Below the pieces are notes generated by a model. It was not told where the DNA came from. It saw nothing but the letters and a program-made list of their open reading frames with translations, and did no database searches. Source: Epithemia pelagica (taxonomy: Eukaryota; Protista; Bacillariophyta). Taken from it: a DNA stretch of 64,000 nucleotides. The position numbers and the translations under genes were made by a program. This document shows positions 1-11,009 of this stretch, piece after piece. How positions within the stretch are numbered: the first letter of the stretch is position 1; each line of letters begins with the position of its first letter. Location: positions 2,914,001 to 2,978,000 of the forward strand of contig OX337230.1 in assembly GCA_946965045.2 (NCBI GenBank), given 5' to 3'.

Positions 1-2293
1 TCGCCCCAATCAAAGCCTAGCGGAGAGAACGATGGAGACGAATCGTTGGCACCACCACCAGCAGCAGGAGCATCGGACGAATGGTTCGGCGCTACAATCA
101 GAAAAGAATGACAGAAAGGTGAGAGACTGATTTCGAATGAACAACAATCAGACAACAAACTTACGCGACGACTTCTTCGGCTGTTCCACTTTGTCTTCTG
201 GGGGGATGTACCAGTTTGCCGTCGAAGCCTTCAACTTCGACGCGGTAGAGACTTCTTGGTACTCATAATTAATCTCGGCCGATTTATGACGGCCAAAATT
301 CGTTGCCAAGACTTGTGGCACTCCGCAATTCGCCACTTTAGAGATGCCCGTTCTACGAGCAGTTCGACCGGTGAAGTTTCCATCTTCGGGGAACTTGCAT
401 CGAGCAGCCAGCGCCTTTGTGTTGTTCGCCGCGAAGTTGCTGCCGAGTTTGCCACCAGGACGCATACCCGTGGCCGGGTCGAACTTTTCTTGGGCACGGT
501 CCTTCACCAGGTCAGTCCAACCCAAGTGTTTGGACCCACATTTTCGGGCCGCGATGATTTTCTTTGGGGCTTCGTACAAAAACAAGAGTCCCTTCCAGCC
601 CGGCGGATGCGCTACCTTTCGGTAGTGCATAAATAGCTTATACGTACTCCACGGGTCTGCTTCGTTTTCTATGATCATGTTGGACAGCGAGTCATTCTCG
701 CGGCGAAACGTAGGCTTGGCTAGCGTCAATTTTACGTTCTTGTGGTGGCCAGCATCAAGTGGGATGATTGCTGGCTTGCCCGCATGTTCTCCGTACGACT
801 CATCTAAACGAGCTACGAATCGAAAGTCAGTAATCCTTGCTAAATGAATCTGAATAGAAGTAGCAAGAACATCAGTAGAGGTGAGAAAACCAGTAAGAAA
901 GCCCAACAATCAACCGTTTGGGTACGTACCTCTAAACAGCGAAAGCTAATATCGCGACAGAGCGAGTAGAAGAATAGCATTAGCAAGTCTTTGAAGACTT
1001 GGAACGGATTCAAGGGAGGATCTGCGAGGTTGCGGATGTGATACTGATCATCCATACACACGCTGGCCCGTTTCGGCAAGCGACCGAACTCGGGACGTGC
1101 TTTCGCCGTCTTTTTCCAAATCCATTCTAAATACGCTTGGTACGAACCTCTGCCCTTGAGGTCCGTTTGCCCGATGCACACGCCGTTGGCACACAGACAA
1201 GCAAACAGATGATTCCATACCTTCCCAGTCGTGTTGGGTTGGTAATGAAACTTTGGATCGTGGGGATCATCGCGCCCCTTGACATACCCCGCCATCCGAA
1301 GATTCATACAGAAGATAGCTAGCAAGGAGTTAAGTAGCCCCAACTTTCTTGGCGTCTTCGCCCCGCGTAGAGCAACGAACAACTTGGGGACTTTCAGTCC
1401 ATCTGATCGTTCAGGGTCGACCATTAGCTTTGCGAGTCCTCGGTAGTGTCGGTGTCGACAAAGCACATCTAAGAAACGCTGGACCGACTCTTGTTTTTCC
1501 TTCGAGTACGACTCGGAGCAGCCAGCAAGCTCGCGAACATCATAGCCATGATACTCGTCCGCAAATACTTCATCGCTGAGTTCAGCAAACTGACCGAAGT
1601 ATTCCAACAGGTTGTCGTCATGTGGTTCATCAAGTGGCAGAGTCTTGTATTCGGCAATTGAGATCTCGCCTTGCTCGTTCTCTTCGAGATGGCGTTGCTC
1701 CACCATTGCACGAGCAATGGTCTTCGTATGTAGTGGAGACGGAGGAGGAGGAGGGGCACGCCGAGCAAGAACACCACGTGCACGGGCATTTCGGCGGCTT
1801 CGAACGGAAACAGAAGGAACAAAATCTTCGTCCGCTTCAAGATCATCCATTTCCATTCCTTCAAAGATACTGTCATCATCGTCCGAATCGTCATCAAGGA
1901 ACGGATTCGTTTGATTGTTCCTGTGGAAAGCAAAGGAAGAATGTAAGAGGGTGGAAGATGCAACAATCAAATAGAGCGACAACGCAACAACGAACTCAAC
2001 AACGAACGCAACAACAACGAAACTTACTTTGAACGGTGGCGTCGACGGTGAAGAAGAGGAGGAAGATCATCGGGAGGCGGTGGGTTGTTCTCCTTGTCGG
2101 CTTCCGACGGAGGAGGTGGACGAGGAGGTGGATTCTTCTTCTTCGGTTTTTGCTTCTTGTTCTTGTTGGTCATTCGGCGAGCGACCTTTCGGACGGGGGA
2201 GGACGAAGTTGCAGTTGGTGATTTGCTGCTGGCTGCAGCCAGTTGCCGTTTGGAGCGACAAGTTGGCTGTTGCGAGGGAGGACTGTTGGCCAT
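1..2293 (-). CDS. Tyrosine recombinase of a Crypton-like DNA transposon, spliced, 3' end runs off the window start
   Basis: Exons 2293-2028, 1920-930, 849-165 and 91-<1 join in frame across GT-AG introns (2027-1921, 929-850, 164-92). Recombinase motifs: SFRCLE (Arg), GHHKN (Lys), FTGRTARRTG (HxxR position), GRHKS, INYEYQ (Tyr). Introns and no RT nearby favour Crypton over DIRS. Confidence 0.75.
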
Positions 2294-2862
2294 GGTCAAG
2301 AACTTCCTGTCGTTGTTGTCGAAATGGCAAAAGTATGAGAAATGACAGGAAATGGAAGGATTTGAGTGACCATTGGAGGGCAGGCGCGCAGGAAGAGGAC
2401 GAAATTGGAAGAAAGGAAGACTTTCCACCATGGGAATGACGAAAAGGACGAAACAACAATCAACTTACATTCTGTCGCACCGCTCAAGGAACCAAGGATC
2501 GGAATGCAAGCTATGGAGATCAACATCTCCTTTGCATTCGTCGATCCTTGGTTCCCAGGTCCCATGGTACCTGTCGACCGTTGGGTCGACCGGTACGAAG
2601 ACCATGGACGAGGGGTCTTCCCAAGGATCATCATTTGTCGACAACGTCGACATCGAAGACGAAGAAGACGACGACGACGATGCAAGAGAGATGGGAGACG
2701 CTGCGGTGCCACGATGGGATGCGGAGCGGGGCATGGGGCTGACAATGGGACGGCTCGTCATGGTGGCAACCCAACAATCAAATGGATGAGGAAACCACGA
2801 CGACGATAACAACGACAACAGCGCCTACAACGATGCCTCCCACAATTTCAAACAGGTCCCTA

Positions 2863-3055
2863 TGTAGCACCTAAGTATTTAGTTCGTCCCTAAATAGTGA
2901 GACCCTATGTGATCTTGTGTTCCTAAATAGTGAGAACCTAAGTGTCGTAAGTAATTTCCCCCAATATGTGACTACTTAGACTAAGTAGAGTGACGAGTTA
3001 AAAAAATCAACGGACGATAAGCCTAACAAAATATAAATCCTATGTGACACTTACA
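2863..3055 (-). repeat. AT-rich segment of short repeated motifs, possible LTR or element terminus
   Basis: cctaaatagtgaga at 2889-2902 and 2922-2935; several cctatgt/cctaagt motifs; TGTA...TACA ends; preceded on the minus strand by purine tract GAGGGGGGA. No second copy seen in the window. Confidence 0.35.
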
Positions 3056-3084
3056 TCCCCCCTCGGACGCAACGGAAGCGTACA

Positions 3085-3288
3085 ACATCTGCTCCTCGTC
3101 GTGATTCTCGTCGGGGGCACTTCTCGGGGGCCTAACTCCTCGGCGGGCAATAGGTCCTCGTCGTGTAATGCCCCAAATCCGCTTATAGCGGATTTGTTGG
3201 GCAGTACACTCCTCGGACCTATTGCCCTTCTCGGAGTTAGGCACCCCTCGTCGTGCCCACTCCTCGGATCACTCCTCGGAGCAGATGT
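3085..3288 (-). other. 204-nt rod-like hairpin with five repeated 5x5 purine-rich internal loops (candidate structured RNA or ssDNA element)
   Basis: Nested inverted repeats 3085-3095/3278-3288, 3101-3107/3266-3272, 3113-3120/3253-3260, 3126-3139/3233-3247, 3145-3157/3215-3227, 3175-3183/3187-3195, separated by 5-nt spacers reading GACGA/GAGGA/GAGAA/GCCGA on the minus strand. Confidence 0.8.
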
Positions 3289-3829
3289 AGAACTACTACC
3301 TATTCTGATTTCTTGAAGACCGGATCTCATTTCATGACATGCCACAGTCAAGTAACGTGGCTGAGTATCATTGATAGTGCGTCAGGATTATAAGTCTAGG
3401 TGTCAGAAACGTAGGCCACAAATAGGATGCTCCTAGTTCAATCTGGGATAAGTCACGTAAAACCCATGTGTCACAGTGGTTTGCAGTTTCATCCCAAGAT
3501 ATTGGATACTCGTATCCCATTTCCAGAAAAGATTTTGACTGCTACCTGTCAACTGAACACATGCGTCAGAATCAATACCTTACGTTTCTGACTCGCGTCT
3601 CACTCTGAATAACAAGTGCGACTAGATTATGAATTATGAATCTTTTATATTAAATAGAACTATCATCTGTTGATGTGACACAGAAAACGACAGACGCAAT
3701 GTCAACATCTGTTGGACTATTTGGAGTTTGTTGGTGAAGACAAGTTCTCAAAAAAATCGCGTGCTGAAACATCAATCCTGAGGATATCGATATCTCTCAT
3801 CCTATGGCTTGACTGAATTCAGTTTCATC

Positions 3830-4468
3830 ATGGAATCCCTTGAAATTGCCGAGTGTTTGCTTTCATTGAAAGAAGGCATAGATCACCCATGGCACCATAG
3901 AGATTCAGAGCATCAGACTATGCGGACGATCAACGCCTTACACAATTTCTACCGAAAAGTGGAAGATCTACAAAATTACAGGAAAAAATTCGGGAACTGC
4001 AATGTCCCACAAGTGTTTAAGGACAATCAACCTTTGGCTAACTGGTAAGTGTTTAATGCGTGTATTTGTAAATAAAATGACATGGTAATCCTAATAAGAA
4101 TGTTGTTAGGGTTGCACGCATCAGGCGGGAAAAGCAAAAATTTGATGAAGGACAAAGAACGATCCTTGACAAAGAGAGAATAGAGTTTCTCAACAATCTA
4201 GGATTTGATTGGGGTCAACGAAGAGGCAACGACCTGTGGAACAAGCATTACAACCAGCTCAAGATATTCCAACTCAAATATCATCACACAAGAGTGCCAA
4301 CAAAGTCAAAATTGCTGGGCCGTTGGGTTAGTACACAACGAGACCAGTACAAAAAGATGAAAATGGGGATGAAGTCACTCATTGACTCCAAGAAAAGTAG
4401 CTCTTCTTGAGCAATTGGAGTTTTGTTGGGATTGTGAAAAGCCTCAGGGTAAAGGTACCGGTTCTTAA
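3830..4468 (+). pseudogene. Helicase-associated (HA) domain protein with two HA repeats; apparent +1 frameshift
   Basis: LQNYRKKFGNCNVP...LANW, intron 4045-4109, then RIEFLNNLGFDW and WNKHYNQL...TRVP...LGRWVSTQR. The closing motif KVALLEQLEFCWD lies in a different frame after ATTGACT at 4381-4387. Confidence 0.75.
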
Positions 4469-5053
4469 TATAGTGAATGACTAGTTACTTTGTTGGTATC
4501 TTGGTCTTTGAGACGATGCCGCAGACTCTGTCGGATGGCGATCTCCCATGTCATGAAATGGCACCTATGTGCGCACCTATCACCCTTATGTCTGGCATCA
4601 GTTTCCTATCGGTTGACATCTTATCTCCAGGCAATCAACAGGTCTGTTCACAATAAAAACGGCTCTCATCCACTAGAGTGTTCAAAACTACCGGCTAATC
4701 CCTGAATTCCCGTAATTCTTTGGAAACCGGGACAACCCCGACACCATTTTTGTAAAAGTCATCTCTTTTCCATATAGTAATACAGCTTACCCCCAAAACA
4801 GTCAATGACACCTATACAGCCTTCACCCCGCCACGTTTTTTCCCAATATTCCCCTTCTATTTATTTCAGGGCAAACGGCGCCGTTATTTAATTTTTTTCC
4901 CTCAAACTTACACTCCGGATTTGTATTCTAATCTCTTCAATGTCGTTACGCTGGCAATGTGGTAAGCGTTCTTCCCCCTGCCGCAAATTCCCGGGGGGTC
5001 TGGTTACACCACAGTAAAACGCTTGTTTGGGGGCAATCAAAATTTGGACTTTC

Positions 5054-6233
5054 TACGAGCTGGTTCACGTTGCGAAGTGCATGAGTTTTTCAGAGTGGGA
5101 AATTGTATACTACACTTTAGCCTACAGTACCCCAGCGTTTCGAACCAGTTACTTTTTCATGCTCCTCACATTTTGTCGCGCACATATCGTAAAATGCAAA
5201 ATGCAATAACCACAAGTGACCGCTTCATGCGACAATGGCCAATCCCCGGGCCGAACGAGCAGCACCACCCAACCTAATCGATAGGATAGATATAAAAGTA
5301 GTAGGAAATCGTAGGGGTGTCGCTCGTTCGCACCTACGACTCAGTCTCCAGGGGCAGTGAACGTATTTCCACTGCTGAGCATCGTGGACAATCATTCTCC
5401 ATCTCCTTAGCTGTGCCCATAAAAACAAATTTAACCTACTTCGTCTACTAGTTGCAGCAGTTCTTGTGCTTGCGGCCATGAATGGCATCGTATTTGCCCA
5501 GACATCGGCCATCCCATTGTCATTGTCATGGGTGCTGTGCTCTGTGCTGCGGAAAATCACTATAGCATTTTATGTACGATTTTTTTCTTGTACAGTCTTC
5601 TACACTAATATACTCATGCACTACAAGCTGGTTCACGTTGCGAAGTGCATGAGTTTTTCAGAATGGGAAATTGTATACTACACTTTAGCCTACAGTACCC
5701 CAGCGTTTCGAGCCAGTTACTTTTTCATGCTCCTCACATTTTGTCGCGCACATATCGTAAAATGCAAAATGCAATAACCACAAGTGACCGCTTCATGCGA
5801 CAATGGCCAATCCGCGGGCGAAATGCGAAGCACCACCCAACATAATCGATAGGGTAGATATGAAAGCAGTAGGAAATCATAGGGGTGTCGCGCATTTCGA
5901 CCTGTAGTTCAGTCTCCACAAGGAGTGAACGTATTTCCACTGCTGAGCATCGTGGACAATCATTCTCCATCTCCTTAGCTGTGCCCATAAAAACAAATTT
6001 AACCTACTTCGTCTACTAGTTGCAGCAGTTCTTGTGCTTGCGGCCATGAATGGCATCGTATTTGCCCAAACATCGGCCGTCCCATTGTCATTGTCATGGG
6101 TGCTGTGCTCTGTGCTGCGGAAAATCACTATAGCATTTTATGTACGATTTTTTTCGGGTACAGTCTTCTACACTAATATAATCATGCACTACGCAACGTG
6201 AGCCAGCTTGTACGCAACGTGAGCCAGCTTGTA
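5054..6233. mobile_element. Outer MITE-like element (TA flanks, ~29-bp TIR), interrupted by a second family member
   Basis: TA-CGAGCTGGTTCACGTTGCGAAGTGCATGA at 5054. The right TIR is split into CTCATGCAC-TA (to 5623) and CGCAACGTGAGCCAGCTTG-TA (6213-6233). TA duplication suggests Tc1/mariner-type mobilisation. Confidence 0.75.
5622..6212. mobile_element. Inner MITE-like element (587 bp plus TA flanks)
   Basis: Left TA-CAAGCTGGTTCACGTTGCGAAGTGCATGA and right TCATGCACTACGCAACGTGAGCCAGCTTG-TA are inverted with two mismatches. Body is colinear with 5056-5621 at offset 568, with scattered substitutions. Confidence 0.8.
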
Positions 6234-6770
6234 TGGTTTCACCCCGTCCTAATACTACTACGAGAAACACAAAGAAAAAATGAGGATGATAGCAAGAAAA
6301 AAGAAAATCCAAAAAGAGGAAAAATCTGCTGGCGCGCAAAATCTCTTGTACTTCTACCCGTAGTGTTGTACATTTCATATGTAGTCAGAATTCCGTTGAA
6401 TCTGACTGACCTGTTTGCTGTTTTCATTGGATGTTTGTGAGTTTTTGTCGTTTTTTCCTTCATCTTTTTGTTGAGGTGCGTGTTGCGTCAACAAGAAGAC
6501 AGAACCAACAACAGTCCTTTCGTTACGGAAACTACCTAGATTGTTCTATACATTCAGAGCTTTGCAGAAGTGATCAATCTCAATAATTCACGTTTGACGA
6601 TCGATAGAGTGGAACGCTGAAGATCTCTCTGCTCCAACGGAGAAACGAATTCATCCCCTCTTTTACCGTTGCTTGCACAGACAGCGGTGGGACCTTTTCA
6701 GATCGACGGTCGAGTGATTGTCGAGGAATCTCGATTGCTTCCTCTGTTGCTTCTCGCAAGAAGCTTCTTC

Positions 6771-9700
6771 ATGTCCTCCAGCGGTCATTCACAGCGTAAT
6801 AACAGCTGGAATAACAGCACATTACGAAACAATCGGTTGTTTTTGTCCATGATTCAAGCCTCTGATTTAGATCACGGAGAAGATGCAGCGACCGACAATC
6901 TGGTTCGATTGGAAGAACAACAAAGCACGCATCCCAGTGATGACAGCAACAATTATCGGAGACAGGGGCAGTTTTCCGGCTCGTTCCGATCTCGACGTCT
7001 TCAACTGCAGCAGCAACAGCAACAGCCACTAAATCGAATTCGCCGGCTGTCCTTGGCCATTCCCAATCCAAATGCTGCGCTTGCATCCGAGGGAACTGTC
7101 AAAGAGGAAACCGTTCCCACTGGAAAGTTGCAAAGTTTGACACGACGGGTCATGAATGTGCAGAAACATGCCTCCTCGCCATCGCTTTTTTTGAAGAAGA
7201 TACTTCCACCCGAAACCGTACTGCAACGATAGAGTTTCCCTCGTCTCAATCGCAACGAAAACAACAACAGCAACAACAGTTTCGACAAGGACATCGAAAA
7301 ACACCGTCTGCTGCACATGAAATGTTGCAGTTGATGAACGAAGCAGTTCAGGATGGTCCAGACAAAACTGCGTCTCCCAATCAAGGTGGACCACAAAGCA
7401 ATGAGACCACCATGGTGGGAGGTGGTGGAGTAATTGTTGAGGGAGCCATGCATGGTACAGGTCGGAGCGAAGCTGATATGCTCTTTATGGCAGCTGATTT
7501 GGCACCCGCCAATCTACCTTACGTGACGCAAGATGACGAAACTACAGTTCTCAGCGATGTGAGCTTTGCGGATGGACACACCATGGATTGTCACAAGGAT
7601 ATTCACAACAACGATGACTACAATGAAAGATTGCCCTTACGACAGCCCACCTCGGCTGGCAATGGTCCTCGAGGTAAAGGGTTTTTTCAATATGGTACCG
7701 TAGCGGATGATATTCGCCAACATCGTGTGCTGCGAAGACAACAACGACGTAAAAACAGATTCTGGAGATCGGTTCGTCGTTGTCTCTGTTTCTATTTGTG
7801 CAATCCCCGATATTGGTGTTGGTTGTTCTACAATAACTTGATCAAATCGTACATGACATTTCTTGCGCTGCCGTGCTTTGTGGCGGCATGGGTATTGTTT
7901 TACAACTTGGGCAATCCGACGTTTGACTTCTTGCCGGATCAACAAACACACTTGTCATGGTGGTGCAGTTTCGTGGGTCGACAAATTCTAGTATTAGAAC
8001 TTAGTCGTTTCTCTCAGTGGCTCTTATTGGATTGTTTGGTTTTGGGCACTCGCATGTCGGTCCAGTGTATGGGTCCCTTGGTCACCCTCACAGCCATTCA
8101 AGCCAAGGGATGGCCCTTTGTCGTGTTTGCGTGGGGTGCCTGGGATATGGTGCTGTTGCATGGCAACAATGATTTTCAATTAAATTGGTTGTACTGGACG
8201 GAATGGGATATTTATCATTCGCAACCAGATGGGGTCGTCGAACTCTTGTCCAGTACCACGTACTTGCGTCTACTGCTAGTCATGGTTCTGGCTGGTCTGG
8301 CCACAACGGCCAAGCGAACGGCCGTGGCAATCTACTTTGGACGTCGACAATTAAGTAAGTACACCGACAGCGAAACATGATGGCTTCGGAGCTGCCTTTG
8401 AGTCATGAAAATGATCGAATCTGGATTTGTCTGACACACTTTTGATTTCGATCACTTGTACGAATATTAACACAGTGGAATTCAAACCACGGCTGGAAAA
8501 GTTGCTGGGGGACGTTGTATTGTTGAGTGAGGTCGCCACATTGGGGGAGGAAGCCGAAGTAGTCGTTGATCATCGGCCAGAAGAAACGGATGCAGGGAGT
8601 GCGTTTGATGGAGGAGGTAGTGCTGACGACGCCAAAACCATGGTGTTTAACAATGTACACTTTGTTAGTATTGGGGGTGATGACCAAGTTATGGCTTCGC
8701 CTCCAACCAACCATCACCATGGCTCAAGTAGCACCACCAACCTTGTCGATGCCATCGAGCAAAACGACCCGCCCCTTGAGGGACCACTGCTGGATACGAA
8801 TACTAGCATGTACAATTTACCGGAACAGATTCCAACCAACCTCTCCACTCCAGCAACAGTCATCAGTTCTGGAGACGAACGTCAATATCATGAGATGCGC
8901 CGTACTGTCAGTGGTTCGTTGCGAATGAAATCGTTGCTGGATCGATGGGAAGAACCAGAGATCAAGAATAATAAGGTACGTCCTTTCAGCAGTGACCAAG
9001 CCATTGCCCACAAGTACTAGTATACACTTTACATATGGATGAAAAACAACTGGCTCATCCTCTACTTCTCTGTTTTGTTCTTGGGATCATTCTCTCTCCT
9101 CCTTTCCCAACAGATCGCCCAGTCCTCTGCTATTGAGGATGTGCTTCGTTTCCGTCGAGCCTTGGCATGTATGGACGTAACCAACCCTTTTGGGGAGGCA
9201 TTCGGACCGGCAGACAACCGCGATGCCTGCATCGAATCTGCAAACGCTTTGTATTATCGCTTAATGAAATTGGACCCCTCGGGGTCTCACCTAGCCTTTG
9301 AAGTATTGGCATTGGCCATTGCCGAAGAGGATGTATCGGAAGACTATGAAATGAAGAAGAAGGCGTTTCGTCGACTGTTTCGTCCTGATGCAAAACGGGA
9401 ACTTCCGCTACTCGCCTTTGTTCAATCCTGTGATTCTGTGTACCGTCGACTGCGCTACTTCATCGCTTCAGTGAGGAACTCGTCAGTCCTTGATAAAGCG
9501 TTGGAAGATACTTTCAATGGACTGTTCTTCTTCGTACTGGCCCTACTTCTCATGTCAGTGATGCGGTTCAACCCATGGCCAATATTAGTGTCGGTTACAT
9601 CGTTGCTTGTTTCTATTTCATTCGCGCTCGGTCCCAGTGTAAGCAAGTATGTCGAAGTAAGTGCAACGAATGACTGTCGTGTGACCTCTTTTGATCGTAC

Positions 9701-10508
9701 CATTTGATTTGCTTATCTCACTAACTGGCCGTCGTTGTTCCAATATAAAAAGGGTGTTCTCCTTATCGCTGTTCGACGGTACGTACGCACAAGGTTGAGA
9801 AGATATGCTTTGTCTCATTGCTCTAACTGGTTGAAACTCTGTCTTCCGCGACCATATGATCTTGGGGATCGTATATTCATCAGTGATTCTAACTGCTTAG
9901 TGAATCCTGGTGTTTCGGAAAGCTGGTTTGTCGAAGGTAAGCGTAATCGATTCCAGAGAAGATGTTGAGAGAAAGTACGTTTGGGTCTCTTACTGGTTTG
10001 CTGAAAACAAAATTCTGTAGACATAAATCTGTGGTCGACGACTCTCCGTTATGCGCGGACCAATGAAGTTTCCACAATCAACAACTCGGCTATCACAGGG
10101 TCACGCATTGTCAATTGCAACCGATCGCCCAACGCAATTGTTGAGTTTGATTTCAATACTCACAGCTGTGTGTTGGAGGGGAACAAGATTGATCGGTTTC
10201 GGGCCGCGTTGGAAGGCTATGTCAGGGATCATCCCCGGACATGGGAAGCCTTAGCATATTTGCGACATGACGAATACAACACGGATACCGAACAAATCAC
10301 ACTGTGGCTCGCATTTCGTCATCGCAACAGTTGGCAATCTGCGGCTCGCATTCTCCAAAATCGAGGTCAGTTACTTCGATTTGTTTTCGAAACAGGCAAA
10401 GCGATGAAGGTCAACTTTCAAGCTCCGCCCGATGCTCGTGTCGTTTATCAAGGTGGAAGCTTAAACTCAATGGAGTTACCGGGCAAGATGAACTCCAGCA
10501 CTTCATAA
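6771..10508 (+). CDS. MscS-like (MSL) mechanosensitive ion channel, multi-exon
   Basis: Introns 8355-8475, 8976-9113, 9657-9752, 9779-9850 and 9937-10020 give SISFALG..V...VEGVLLIAVRRPYDLGDRI...WFVEDINLWSTTLR...NNSAI...IVNCNRSP, a typical MscS core. Two lesions noted: T7 run at 7186-7192 and a CG acceptor at 9849-9850. Confidence 0.9.
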
Positions 10509-11009
10509 ATTTTGTTTTGGTAGATGGGATAAAGCTGAAGGGGTTTTGGCATGATTTACTTTAATAGAATCCTTTGGTGATAGACGAACAAATGACGTTC
10601 TGCATGGATGCAACTCGTCTTTAGACAAGGGAGTGGATGCTATTGCCTCATAAGGTTTTCGTTTCAGTTCAGTACTTTGTTGTTTCGGTGATCAGAGTCA
10701 CGGCATCGACAGGAATATTACTTGAATGCTGGAAGATGATCAATATCACTCTGCTGTTTGCACACCAACTGATTTCCTCTTCTTTCACTACAAAGGAAGC
10801 GACAATTGCTGGCTCCATTCGTTCCCTCCTTGGAAGAAGAAAGCAATGCAAGATTCTCAACGGCAACGCATTTGCGCCCATTGTCCCATCTTGCATGTGG
10901 TTAGACAGTTTCTCCTTTCACTTCTTTCCCATGCCCCAAGGGTATAAGAATAAACGTTGTTCCAATAGCATACCATTCTTCTCTATAACCCACAGCAACT
11001 CAATCGCAA

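Noticed and set aside
2296-2818. Several overlapping 110-150 aa ORFs upstream of the recombinase
   Set aside because: They arise from gacgac/gaagac low-complexity triplets open in multiple frames; no domain recognised.
3085-3288. CRISPR array, or hammerhead/retrozyme, from the repeated ctcctcgg motifs
   Set aside because: The repeats are the loops of one nested hairpin, with no constant repeat-spacer period and no cas genes. I found no CUGANGA...GAAA core nearby.
5054-6192. Simple 568-bp tandem duplication or satellite
   Set aside because: TIRs, TA duplications and the leftover TIR piece at 6213-6231 fit a nested insertion better.
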